A stretch of DNA of 64,000 nucleotides, taken from the NCBI GenBank assembly GCA_040255365.1, contig JBDZUY010000010.1, positions 2,556 through 66,555 of the forward strand, given 5' to 3'. The stretch is from Hyphomicrobiales bacterium. GTDB taxonomy: Bacteria > Pseudomonadota > Alphaproteobacteria > Micropepsales > Micropepsaceae. The notes below the pieces were generated by a model. It did not search any database. It was not told where the DNA came from and was given only the letters and a program-made list of their open reading frames with translations. This document shows positions 45,013-54,394 of the stretch, piece after piece (the stretch's first letter is position 1; the number at the start of each line of letters is the position of its first letter). The translations under genes and the position numbers were made by a program.

Positions 45013-45800
45013 CAATGCCTTCCGAACTGCTACGCGCCCTGACCCAGACCGCCTGGGACGCAGGCAAAATTTTGATGCGCCATTACGCGGCCGGCGTCGA
45101 AGTGCGCCAAAAAGACGATCATTCGCCCGTTACCGCCGCTGATGAAGATGCGGAAGCTTTTATACTGGCATCGCTGAAAACAATTGCACCGGATATAGCG
45201 GTGATTGCGGAAGAAGAAGAGGCCGCAGGCCGCTCCCAGACGATTGGTGCGCGCTTCTTTCTGGTTGATCCACTGGATGGGACCAAGGAGTTCATCAACC
45301 GCAATGGCGAGTTCACGGTGAACATCGCCGAAATCGAAAACGGTGTTCCGGTGCGCGGCGTCGTTTATGCCCCCGCCAAGGCACGCATGTTCGCCGGTGA
45401 AAGTCCCGTCGGGGCATGGGAAATGGGTATTGATGTCAACACCACGCCCGATTGGGCGAAGGCCAAACCGATCCGCACACGAACGCCCGACGCCGATGGC
45501 ATGGTGGCCGTGGCCAGCCGCAGTCATCGCGATTCCAAAACGGATGAATACCTTGCCCATTATCATGTGAAGGCATTCGTGACCGCGGGATCGTCGTTGA
45601 AATTCTGCCTGGTGGCGGCAGGCGAAGCCGATATTTATCCGCGTCATGGCCGCACGATGGAATGGGATACGGGTGCGGGCCATGCGGTGCTGGCGGCAGC
45701 GGGCGGAACAGTCACCCGGCTGGATGGCTCACCCTTCCGTTACGGCAAGACCGGCGAGAATTATGCGAACCCGTTTTTCGTCGCCAAAGGGAAAGCCTGA
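45009..45800 (+). CDS. cysQ: 3'(2'),5'-bisphosphate nucleotidase
   Basis: 263 aa with inositol-monophosphatase-fold motifs: SPVTAADE, AEEE, LVDPLDGTKEF, WDTGAGHAVL. Confidence 0.87.
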   Translation: MTMPSELLRALTQTAWDAGKILMRHYAAGVEVRQKDDHSPVTAADEDAEAFILASLKTIAPDIAVIAEEEEAAGRSQTIGARFFLVDPLDGTKEFINRNGEFTVNIAEIENGVPVRGVVYAPAKARMFAGESPVGAWEMGIDVNTTPDWAKAKPIRTRTPDADGMVAVASRSHRDSKTDEYLAHYHVKAFVTAGSSLKFCLVAAGEADIYPRHGRTMEWDTGAGHAVLAAAGGTVTRLDGSPFRYGKTGENYANPFFVAKGKA

Positions 45801-45836
45801 CCGGCAAGCCTTAAAAGCAGAGCAGAAAAATCCAGC

Positions 45837-46112
45837 TTACTGATCGAAATTCTTGCGGCTGGAATAGAACACCAAGCCCATCAATACACCGCCCAGAGCC
45901 AGCGTAAAGAAAACCCCCAGGCCCATGAAAAGCCAGCCCATCGGCGAAATATCCACGCCTTCCATCTGCCCCCAGGCATGCACAGCATACCAGAGCGTGA
46001 CAGCAAGAAAGATGCCCAACACGATGATAGCCGTCCATCCGGCAGCGCCGATTGGCGCGGAATGACTGCCTTCTTCATCCGGTTCTGTGTTCATGGTCCT
46101 GTCATACGCCAC
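45837..46112 (-). CDS. small membrane protein (2 TM), unknown function
   Basis: 91 aa with two clear hydrophobic helices (GWTAIIVLGIFLAVTLWYAV, WLFMGLGVFFTLALGGVLMGLVFY). Codon usage looks native. Confidence 0.55.
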   Translation of the reverse strand: MAYDRTMNTEPDEEGSHSAPIGAAGWTAIIVLGIFLAVTLWYAVHAWGQMEGVDISPMGWLFMGLGVFFTLALGGVLMGLVFYSSRKNFDQ

Positions 46113-46232
46113 TGACTCGTCTAAAAAAAGTCGTGAAGCTGGTCATATTGTCCGGGTGATTCGGCTGGCGCACCCCCGCACGCCATCAGCATTGCAAATC
46201 AGCTTTGCTGGAAACCGCAGGAGGAATACAGA

Positions 46233-46823
46233 ATGATTTTTACGCGCCTGATGAAAATGGCGATCCCCGCACTGGCGTTGGCGGCGCTGGCAATCTCGCC
46301 TGCCAATGCCGCCGACACCGCACAGCAACCAGCCAAAGGCGGAAAATATACGCAAAACGAGATCGTGAAGGCAGGTGCTGATTTCTTTGGCATCACGTCC
46401 GAAGCCATGGCCAAGGGTGTGCAACGTGTATTCAACGAACAGGGTCTACCCGACGCCTATATCAAAGGCGACGAAGGCTCAGGCGCCATTATTGTGGGCC
46501 TGCGATATGGCAAGGGCTGGCTGATCCGCAAAGGTTATGCACCTTTGCGTGTCTATTGGCAGGGCCCGTCGGTCGGCTGGGATTTTGGGGCCAACGCCTC
46601 AAAGATATTCGTACTGGTTTACAATCTGGGTGACAGCGACAGGCTGTTCCAGAAATTTCCCGGCGTCGAAGGCTCGATCTATTTTGTCGCTGGCCTTGGT
46701 GTGAATTACATGCGCGCCAACGGCATTACGCTGGCGCCGATGCGCACGGGCGTGGGCCTGCGCGCCGGTGTGAACGCTGGCTATCTGACCTTTACCCGCG
46801 AAGAATCGCTGAACCCGTTCTGA
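46233..46823 (+). CDS. DUF1134 (EipA-like) periplasmic protein
   Basis: 196 aa. Signal peptide ...LAISPANA. The Gly-rich beta pattern (GDEGSGAIIVGLRYGKG, GPSVGWDFGAN, GLGVNY) is characteristic of DUF1134. Confidence 0.78.
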   Translation: MIFTRLMKMAIPALALAALAISPANAADTAQQPAKGGKYTQNEIVKAGADFFGITSEAMAKGVQRVFNEQGLPDAYIKGDEGSGAIIVGLRYGKGWLIRKGYAPLRVYWQGPSVGWDFGANASKIFVLVYNLGDSDRLFQKFPGVEGSIYFVAGLGVNYMRANGITLAPMRTGVGLRAGVNAGYLTFTREESLNPF

Positions 46824-46834
46824 TAACCACCAAA

Positions 46835-47773
46835 TTACTGCGCGGCGGCCGGCTCGTTGTTTACGGTGCCGGCCGGCGCGGGCAGATAGAGCAGCAGCGA
46901 CGCCGCCACATAGGTCGATGAGAATGTGCCGATCACGATGCCGAACAAAATGGCGGCCGTGAATTCAAACAGGTTCGGCCCGCCAAAAATTAACAGCGGT
47001 ATGATCGAAACTGCGGTTGTCACCGAGGTCAGAATGGTGCGCGTCAGCATCTGATTGGTGGAAAGATTTATCAGATCACCGAGGGCCATGCGTTTGTATT
47101 TGCGCCGGTTCTCGCGAATCCGGTCGAACACGACCACCGTGTCATTGATCGAATAGCCCGCCAAGGTTAGCAGGGCAGCAATTGATGTCAGCGTGAAATC
47201 CATATGGAAAAGCGAAAACAGGCCGGCGGTGACGAACACGTCATGCCCTGTCGCAAACACCGCGCCGACGCCATATTGCCATTCAAACCGCACAGCCACA
47301 TAAGCGGCAATGGCCAGAACCGCCAGGATAGTGGCCAGCACGCCATCACGGAACAATTCCTGTGACACCTTTGGCCCGATCACCTGTGCATTGCGATAGG
47401 TATAGCCCGCACCTAGCTCGTTCTTGATGGTGTTCTGAACCTGCTCGCCCGTTTCGCCCTTGTTCGGCTGCACACGGATCAACACGCAGGAATTGATCGG
47501 CGTGTCGCACTGTCCGCCGCCAAAATACTGAATCTGGGAATCGCCGAAATTGAGCTTGTCGATCTGGCCACGCACCTTGCCGACATTGATCGTCTGCTCG
47601 GCCTTTACCTCCAAAAGCACGCCACCGGTGAAATCGATGCCCAGATTGAAGCCATGAAACATGATGGAGGCGATGGCGGCCAGGAGCAAAAGGCCATCAA
47701 AAGCGAAGGCGATATAGCGCGCGCCGACGAAATCGATATTGGTGGCTTCGGGGATAAATCTGAGCAGAGGCAT
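46835..47773 (-). CDS. secF: protein translocase subunit SecF
   Basis: 312 aa. Motifs NIDFVG.RYIAF, GIDFTGG, INDTVVVFDRIREN, and six TM helices. Confidence 0.92.
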   Translation of the reverse strand: MPLLRFIPEATNIDFVGARYIAFAFDGLLLLAAIASIMFHGFNLGIDFTGGVLLEVKAEQTINVGKVRGQIDKLNFGDSQIQYFGGGQCDTPINSCVLIRVQPNKGETGEQVQNTIKNELGAGYTYRNAQVIGPKVSQELFRDGVLATILAVLAIAAYVAVRFEWQYGVGAVFATGHDVFVTAGLFSLFHMDFTLTSIAALLTLAGYSINDTVVVFDRIRENRRKYKRMALGDLINLSTNQMLTRTILTSVTTAVSIIPLLIFGGPNLFEFTAAILFGIVIGTFSSTYVAASLLLYLPAPAGTVNNEPAAAQ

Positions 47774-47897
47774 GGCGTTTCAGGTCCGAATGTCCGGGAA
47801 AGGACGGCACACATAGCCGCTTGGGCCATAAGCGGCAAGTTGGAACGGCATGCGAATCGCAATCCGCCGCTCGCTCCCATACAGACGCCCCCCAGCT

Positions 47898-48827
47898 TTA
47901 ATCCGCTTTCGGCTTCAGACGGGCCGGAACCGGGGCCAGGCAGACATCCAGAATGGCCGGCGGGGTACGCACATAAAAGCCGGGGGCCGGGTTTTTGCGC
48001 TGGTCCTTCCAGTCCGAAAAAGCCTTCGTATCGGTGCGCATCACCTGATAATGCGGCTGTTCACCAACCGGCAAATCCGCGGCAATCCGGGCTTTCAGGA
48101 TTTTGTCGCGCCGCTTGGGGTCTTGAATCACGCCGCTTTCCACATCTGGGTCGCCGCGATTGAGCTTTTGCACATATTGCATACCGGCAATGACCCGGCC
48201 AAAGGCGGTGAGGTTGCGATCCAGCCGCCGCGGGGCCTGTCCGATCACAATATAAAACTCGGTGGTGGCAGTATTCGCCCCATTGTCTCTGGCAAAGGCA
48301 AACGTGCCGGGGCAGTGGATGATCCACATCGTCTTGTCTTTGGGATCAAGGCCCACGGGAAACCCAGCAACATGGCCCACTTCCGGCGCAAACAGATCGG
48401 GCGAACCCAGCGGTGTAAAATGCACATCAGACCCGATAGGGCGGGTAAATTCGGCCTTCAGCGGCGGCCACGCCTTTTTCACATCAGCGCTTATCGGCCG
48501 CCCCGCGGTGGACGCCGTCGCCTCGCCAATGCCGCCCTGCGCCACAAACCCGTCAATCACCCGATAGAAAGAGAGCCCGTCATAAAAATGTGCCTTGGCC
48601 AGCGCACGCACCCGCGCGGCATGGTGGGGCGCGAATTGCGGCGCCAGCTCCACCGCAATGCGGCCATACGCTACGTCAATCAACAGAAGATTGGCCGGAT
48701 CGACGCTTCGCCAATTCGCCGGATTGTCTTTCCAGTCTGGCGCATCGGCTGCACGCGCATTGGACACGCTGGCCGATACAGCACACACACAAACGAATGT
48801 GCATAACAGTGCCGATAAAACCTTCAT
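47898..48827 (-). CDS. periplasmic cyclophilin-type peptidyl-prolyl isomerase
   Basis: ATG 48827 with GGAGG 8 nt upstream. Signal peptide MKVLSALLCTFVCVCAVSASVSNARA. Cyclophilin core FYRVIDGFVAQGG ... TFAFARDNGANTATTEFYIV. The track ORF extends to 48983. Confidence 0.85.
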   Translation of the reverse strand: MKVLSALLCTFVCVCAVSASVSNARAADAPDWKDNPANWRSVDPANLLLIDVAYGRIAVELAPQFAPHHAARVRALAKAHFYDGLSFYRVIDGFVAQGGIGEATASTAGRPISADVKKAWPPLKAEFTRPIGSDVHFTPLGSPDLFAPEVGHVAGFPVGLDPKDKTMWIIHCPGTFAFARDNGANTATTEFYIVIGQAPRRLDRNLTAFGRVIAGMQYVQKLNRGDPDVESGVIQDPKRRDKILKARIAADLPVGEQPHYQVMRTDTKAFSDWKDQRKNPAPGFYVRTPPAILDVCLAPVPARLKPKAD

Positions 48828-48882
48828 GGCAATTGCCTCCACCGCAAGGTGATAATAAATCACTTCCCCAAGATTTCCGTAC

Positions 48883-50088
48883 ATGACAGATGATTCGCTG
48901 AGTTCAAAACCCAAGCCTGCCATCCCGGCCGCGCTGATGACGCTGCTGGGCGTGATGTTTGTCAATTTGCTGGGATTCGGCATCGTCGTGCCGTTGTTGC
49001 CGTTTTATGCCAAATCGTTTTCGGCACCGGCATGGCAAATTGCCATGGTGTTTTCGGCCTATGCCATCGGCGCGTTTTTTGGCGAGCCGTTCTGGGGTCG
49101 CCTGTCAGACCGGATCGGCCGCAAACCCGTGCTGGTCTTCACCGTTTGCGGCAACCTGTTCTGTTATCTGGCCATGGCGTTCGCGCCGAACGTCTATATT
49201 GCGTTCTTCGTGCGCATATTGGGCGGACTGGCCAGCGGCAATGGTTCGGTCATTCAGGGCTACATCGCCGACGTCACCCCACAGGAAGATCGCGCGGGCC
49301 GCATGTCCCTGCTGGGGGCGGCTTTCAACATCGGCTTTATCGTCGGCCCTGCTTTGGGCGGCCTTCTGGCTCATCCCAATTCCGGGCCTGCCGGGTTTCG
49401 CACGCCCTTGTTCGTATGTGCCGGGCTTTCGGCACTGTCGGCCATAGGGCTGTTTCTCTTTGTCACCGAAAGCCGCAAACGCGAGGCGCGCTTTACCGCA
49501 CAGCCCAGCCGGTGGGACGTGATTGGCCGCGCATTCAATACACCGATCATGCTGCGGCTGATGCTGGTGACATTGCTGGCAGGATCCGCCTTTACCGGCG
49601 TGGAATCCATCTTTGGACTGTGGACCCAAGCGCGCTTTGATTGGGGACCGCGTCAGGTCGGTGCCGCCTTTGCCGTTGTCGGCATTGTTGCCGCGTTTTG
49701 CCAGATTGTTCTGGTCGGCCGCTTATCCAAACGCTTTGGTGAGGCGCGGATGCTGGCCGTGGGCATGGCGGTGACAACAATATGTTTGGCGTTGCAGCCG
49801 CTCGGCTGGGGCGCGATTACCGTGGTGCCGCTTCTGGCGCTGGCGGCATTTGGACAATCCATTGCCTGGCCCAATGTCGCCGCCGTGATTTCACGCAATG
49901 CTGATTGGGAAAATCAGGGCCAATATCTTGGCCTCAACAATGCGATGGGCGCGCTGGCGCGCGTGGTTGGCCCGTTCATTCTGGGGCTCGGTTTTTCCAA
50001 AATAGGGCCGGATGCACCGTTCTATCTGGCGGGGCTAATGGTGCTGCCCGCGATCTGGCTGGCCTGGGCGTCACGACGAATACGCTGA
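48883..50088 (+). CDS. MFS transporter (drug:H+ antiporter-like)
   Basis: 401 aa with 12 TM helices. MFS motif A is present (GRLSDRIGRKPV), and the N-terminus is Tet/TCR-like (LMTLLGVMFVNLLGFGIVVPLLPFYA). Confidence 0.87.
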   Translation: MTDDSLSSKPKPAIPAALMTLLGVMFVNLLGFGIVVPLLPFYAKSFSAPAWQIAMVFSAYAIGAFFGEPFWGRLSDRIGRKPVLVFTVCGNLFCYLAMAFAPNVYIAFFVRILGGLASGNGSVIQGYIADVTPQEDRAGRMSLLGAAFNIGFIVGPALGGLLAHPNSGPAGFRTPLFVCAGLSALSAIGLFLFVTESRKREARFTAQPSRWDVIGRAFNTPIMLRLMLVTLLAGSAFTGVESIFGLWTQARFDWGPRQVGAAFAVVGIVAAFCQIVLVGRLSKRFGEARMLAVGMAVTTICLALQPLGWGAITVVPLLALAAFGQSIAWPNVAAVISRNADWENQGQYLGLNNAMGALARVVGPFILGLGFSKIGPDAPFYLAGLMVLPAIWLAWASRRIR

Positions 50089-50096
50089 CGCGCACG

Positions 50097-51017
50097 TTAC
50101 AAAGTTGGCCGCGTACCAATGATCGAAACGCGCTGGCCATAGCGCGAATGGGGATAGTAATCCCACACCGCATGATGCTGCGTTACCCGATTGTCCCAAA
50201 ACACCAACGTATTCGGCGTCCAGCGCACGCGGCATTGAAACGCCGGATTGCTTTCGATATGCCGCCACAAAAATTCCAGCAACGCATCGCTTTCCTTGCG
50301 CGCCAAACCAACGATGCGCGTCGTAAACCCGCGATTGACGAAGATCATTTTTTTGCCGGTATCGGGATGGCGCGCAATTAGCGGATGCACAGTTTTGGGC
50401 CAGCCGCCCGGCGGCGCTGGCGTGCCATAACCACCAGTATAAGGTTTGGCGCCGTCATGCACCGCGCTCAATGTTTCCAGAAACCCCTGCATGGGAACCG
50501 ACAGCGCATCATAAGCGCGCGTCGTAGACGCAAAACAGGTATCGCCGCCGCCGATATCCGGCGTTTTGGTCACATACAGCATCGAGCCCATCGGAGGTTC
50601 TTCATCGCAGGTAACATCGGTATGCCAATCTTCACCGGCAACAAATTTGGAATCCTGATCGGCTTTTACAACCAGAATTTCCGGATCGGACACCTGATCG
50701 GGAAATGCGCTTTTCTGTGTGTGTTCCGGCGCAACGGATTTCACATGATAGGGATGCACATGCAGCCGCCCGAACATGCGGGCAAACCGCTTGTGATCCT
50801 CGTTCGAGAGTGTCTGATTGCGAAACACCAGTACGCCATAGGCAGTGAACGCCGCGCGCACTTCTTCAAACGTTTCATCGTCGAGTGGTTCGGACAGATC
50901 CACGCCTTCAATCTCGGCGCCAAGAACCGGGGTCAGCGGCGCGACCTTGATCCGCGCCGTGGTGAGATGCTTTTCTTCTGTCGCCAGCTTGTGCGACTGA
51001 ACGCGCGTGGCCATCAC
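50097..51017 (-). CDS. TauD/TfdA family Fe(II)/2-oxoglutarate dioxygenase
   Basis: 306 aa. Motifs VLVFRNQ, WHTDVT (HxD facial triad), and RVTQHHAVWDY. Confidence 0.87.
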   Translation of the reverse strand: MMATRVQSHKLATEEKHLTTARIKVAPLTPVLGAEIEGVDLSEPLDDETFEEVRAAFTAYGVLVFRNQTLSNEDHKRFARMFGRLHVHPYHVKSVAPEHTQKSAFPDQVSDPEILVVKADQDSKFVAGEDWHTDVTCDEEPPMGSMLYVTKTPDIGGGDTCFASTTRAYDALSVPMQGFLETLSAVHDGAKPYTGGYGTPAPPGGWPKTVHPLIARHPDTGKKMIFVNRGFTTRIVGLARKESDALLEFLWRHIESNPAFQCRVRWTPNTLVFWDNRVTQHHAVWDYYPHSRYGQRVSIIGTRPTL

Positions 51018-51079
51018 AACCTCCCAAATTCCTGTGGTAGAGATTGTCGGCCCAAGGCAAAGGTGCGCGCAAGGCGCTT

Positions 51080-51556
51080 TCAGGAAATTTCACGCAGCAG
51101 CAATTCCAGAGCGGCCCGGGCAAATTTGTGCATGTTATCGGCGCGATCCGCACTCTGCGTTTCCAGGGTAAGGGATTTCTCTACCGGCCCCGAAACCGCA
51201 CAGCATGTATGGCCCGGCGCATCGCCATAAGGATTGCCGGTTGGGCCCGCCGCGCCGGTTTCAGAAATGCCCCAATCACTGCGGAATTTTTCGCGCACCC
51301 GGCCCGCCAGAAATTGCGCATAAGGTTCGCTGGACGAGCGCATCCCCGCCATGTCGTCTTTCGTGATTTCCAGCAAGCGCGCGGCACGTGCGGTGTAGAT
51401 CACACCGCCGCCGAGATAAAACGCGGACGCACCGGGCACACCAAGAAGCGCCGCCGAAATCAAACCACCGCTGGAGGATTCCGCGACCGCAATGGTTTCA
51501 CCGCGCGCTTTCAGGCGTTCGCCAATCTGCTCGGCGATAGGAAGTAGATCAAGCAT
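51080..51556 (-). CDS. CinA C-terminal domain / nicotinamide-nucleotide amidohydrolase PncC-like
   Basis: 158 aa from ATG 51556. Motifs AVAESSSGGLISAAL and SETGAAGPTG. Confidence 0.83.
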   Translation of the reverse strand: MLDLLPIAEQIGERLKARGETIAVAESSSGGLISAALLGVPGASAFYLGGGVIYTARAARLLEITKDDMAGMRSSSEPYAQFLAGRVREKFRSDWGISETGAAGPTGNPYGDAPGHTCCAVSGPVEKSLTLETQSADRADNMHKFARAALELLLREIS

Positions 51557-51560
51557 AATA

Positions 51561-52604
51561 TCAGGCCTTTGTGATGCGCCAATGGATATTTTCACCCTTG
51601 CGCGATGTGTGAAGTTTCAGGTGACGATCATGCGCGGCAAGCGCACCTTCCCACAAACCATTCCAAGCCGCGAAGGCCGCATCGTCATCGGCCAGCGTAA
51701 CATCCTTCATCAAACGCCAGCCGGTTTGCGATAGTTCTGTGCCGTTTCGCGTGACGTTTTCACCTTGCGCGGCGGCGAGCATTTCCAGATAGCGCGCAAA
51801 GTTTTCTGCGCCGCCGGGTGCGATACCCAGCAGCGCTGCCGTGTCTTCGTAAAATTGCAACCCGATCAGCTTTGCAGTGCGCGCCACCAGCGCGCTGCCC
51901 TCCCTTGCGCCAAACAATTCCTGCGTGGCAGGCAAAAGCGAGCGCACATATTCCATTGCGTAAGAGCGCTCGACCTTTTGCAGACGTTCCGGCGGCCAAT
52001 CAGCGGACGGCAATACCGGCGCGGCGGCAGCATCATACAACGGCATGTGCTCATCGGGTGCAAAACGCACACGTTCTTCGGGGGCAATCTCGCGGCCATA
52101 ATCAAAATAATAGCCTTCAAGCCCCGGATCACCGTTCACCGTTTGACCGGTGCAGACAAACCCAAGCCGCGGATTGCCAAGCGACACGCCATTATGCCCG
52201 TGCCAGCCATGCAACATCGCCTCGTTCACTTCGCGCGGCACACCGCAAATTGCCGTGCCTTGCCAGATCCAGCGCGGCGGCGGATAACGCACCCACGCCT
52301 TGTTATCCGCCTCGGCCATATATTCAGTTTTCACACCGCCCAGCGCATTCGAGAAATAATGGTACTGCGCGCACGCAACCGCATCGGGCAGCCCATCAAG
52401 CCCGAGTTTTTTCAGCCCGGGCAAAAATTTTTCCAGATGCTGACGGCGAAAATGTGCGAACACAAAATCGCGTGCCGCGCCCACATTTTTCTGACTGACA
52501 AGAGTGAGCACCAACCCCGTCATCAGTGCGTTGTAGAGTTTACCAACAGCCTTGTAACCAACCAGTTCCGGTTCAAATTTCTGTTCGGTCATCATGTCCA
52601 ACAA
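51561..52604 (-). CDS. hypothetical protein (no recognisable motif)
   Basis: 347-aa ORF with native-looking composition. It sits 4 nt upstream of the cinA-like gene. The opposite-strand ORFs here look like antisense shadows. I could assign no family. Confidence 0.65.
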   Translation of the reverse strand: MLDMMTEQKFEPELVGYKAVGKLYNALMTGLVLTLVSQKNVGAARDFVFAHFRRQHLEKFLPGLKKLGLDGLPDAVACAQYHYFSNALGGVKTEYMAEADNKAWVRYPPPRWIWQGTAICGVPREVNEAMLHGWHGHNGVSLGNPRLGFVCTGQTVNGDPGLEGYYFDYGREIAPEERVRFAPDEHMPLYDAAAAPVLPSADWPPERLQKVERSYAMEYVRSLLPATQELFGAREGSALVARTAKLIGLQFYEDTAALLGIAPGGAENFARYLEMLAAAQGENVTRNGTELSQTGWRLMKDVTLADDDAAFAAWNGLWEGALAAHDRHLKLHTSRKGENIHWRITKA

Positions 52605-52722
52605 ATTTTGCGTCGTTCATAGCGCGCTTAATCAAGCTCCAGCACATTTTGGGCCGACCATTGATTTTTATGAAATGAAGTGTGCGCGCGGACCCGATCT
52701 GGCGCAAGAGCAAGGGCCTTGT

Positions 52723-53334
52723 TCAGATTTTAGCGAAGATCACCACAAAATTGTTGGCCGGCATCGCAATGGTTTCGCGCATGGCAAAACCATTGTTTTC
52801 GGCTACCGCCGTGACATCTGCCAGATCGCGCACGCCATAACGCGAGTCCAGCCCTTTCAGCCAGCCTTCAAAAGCTTCGTTGGAGGGTGCGGTATGTGCG
52901 CCGCCGCGCTTGTAAGGCCCATAGAGAAACACGATGCCTCCGGACTTCAACAAACGTGCCGCGCCCGCAAAAAGCCCAAGCGTCGATTCCCACGGCGAAA
53001 TGTGGATCATGTTGATCGCGGTGATAGAGTCGAACGATGCATCATTTTCGACGCCCCACACATCTTCGCGCACATCAATGTTCATCGGCGCAGAAATGTT
53101 CGCCAGATTTTCGTGCGCGGTCCACGCGGCAATGCTGGCGCGCGCATCGCCGTCAGGATCAGATGGTTGCCACGACAGCCCCGGCATGGCGCGGGCAAAA
53201 TGCACCGCATGTTCGCCGGAGCCGGATGCAATTTCCAGCACCTTGCCAGCGGGCGGAAATACGCGGCGCATCACCTCCAGTATGGGCCCGCGATTGCGCG
53301 CGGCGGCAGGCGCGGTAATGCGCAGATCACTCAT
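52723..53334 (-). CDS. DUF938 family class I SAM-dependent methyltransferase
   Basis: 203 aa from ATG 53334. Motifs ITAPAAARNRGPIL, VLEIASGSGEH (SAM motif I), WQPSD, AINMIHISPW. Confidence 0.83.
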   Translation of the reverse strand: MSDLRITAPAAARNRGPILEVMRRVFPPAGKVLEIASGSGEHAVHFARAMPGLSWQPSDPDGDARASIAAWTAHENLANISAPMNIDVREDVWGVENDASFDSITAINMIHISPWESTLGLFAGAARLLKSGGIVFLYGPYKRGGAHTAPSNEAFEGWLKGLDSRYGVRDLADVTAVAENNGFAMRETIAMPANNFVVIFAKI

Positions 53335-53485
53335 TAGAAAATAACGGCCATGGCGCTTGCCCAGATAAGGTTTGCACGATGTTAGGTCAGGCAGGCGATC
53401 ATGTCCCGCGAAATTCCGCGTGACAGCGCACACATTCTATGAAGAGTTAGCCCACTGGCAAACGGCCGGTTTTTGGGGGATTACG

Positions 53486-54226
53486 ATGGCGTTGAAAATT
53501 ATCGGAGCCGGCTTTGGCCGCACGGGCACAATGTCCACCTACACTGCGCTCAAGCAACTCGGCTTTCCCTGCTATCACATGATCGAGGTGCTTCAGAACC
53601 CGGCCAACAAAACGCATCTGGATTTCTGGGCGCGCGTTGCCAATGCCCCCGCCGGAACACAGCATGATTGGGAACAGGTTTTCAAAAACTATACCGCGGC
53701 GGTCGATAACCCGGCCAGCGCTGTGTGGCGCGAATTGATGATCGCCTATCCGGATGCAAAAGTTTTGCTGACCTTGCACCCCAAGGGAGCGCAGGCCTGG
53801 TACGAAAGCACGATCGACACGATATATTTCACCGAAAATATGTGGCAGTCGAAGGTGCTGGAAATCTTCACGCCGTTCGGGCGCAAATTTTCGCGCATGT
53901 CGCGCCGCCTGGTCTGGCAACGCTCGCACAAGGGCACGATGGACGATCCAGCCAAAGCCATCGCCCATTACAACCAGCATATCGAAGATGTGAAAGCGGT
54001 GGTGCCCGCCGACAGACTCTTGATCTATACCGCCGATCAGGGCTGGGAACCGCTTTGTGCATTTGTGGGCGTGCCGGTGCCTGACGCGCCGTTCCCGAAC
54101 GTCAACGACCGCGCCGAAATCAAACAGATGCTGAAGGGCATGGTCCGCGGCGCTTATTTCATTCTGGCGGGACTGGCTGTTGGCGTGGCCGCGCTTGTTG
54201 GTCTGGGCGTGTGGCTTTTGCGCTGA
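53486..54226 (+). CDS. sulfotransferase family protein with C-terminal membrane anchor
   Basis: 246 aa from ATG 53486 (GGGGGA upstream). PAPS-binding-like loop IGAGFGRTGTMS. Family pattern FPCYHM...NP...W. C-terminal TM YFILAGLAVGVAALVGLGVWLL. Confidence 0.75.
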   Translation: MALKIIGAGFGRTGTMSTYTALKQLGFPCYHMIEVLQNPANKTHLDFWARVANAPAGTQHDWEQVFKNYTAAVDNPASAVWRELMIAYPDAKVLLTLHPKGAQAWYESTIDTIYFTENMWQSKVLEIFTPFGRKFSRMSRRLVWQRSHKGTMDDPAKAIAHYNQHIEDVKAVVPADRLLIYTADQGWEPLCAFVGVPVPDAPFPNVNDRAEIKQMLKGMVRGAYFILAGLAVGVAALVGLGVWLLR

Positions 54227-54231
54227 CGAAA

Positions 54232-54306
54232 TGGCGCTCCCAGGGGGAATCGAACCCCCGTTTCAGCCTTGAGAGGGCCGCGTCCTAACCGCTAGACGAT
54301 GGGAGC
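54232..54306 (-). tRNA. tRNA-Glu (anticodon CUC)
   Basis: Hand-folded 75-nt cloverleaf: GCTCCCA/TC/GTCT..AGGAC/G/CGGCC-CTCTCAA-GGCTG/AAAC/GGGGG-TTCGATT-CCCCC/TGGGAGC-G-CCA. Confidence 0.9.
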
Positions 54307-54394
54307 ATCTGGCGGAACGGCGCTTATAGCGTCCGCCGCAGGCTCCCGGCAAGATCGGGTTTGGCTCCCAACAGGCGCATAAGAATTTTGGCCG

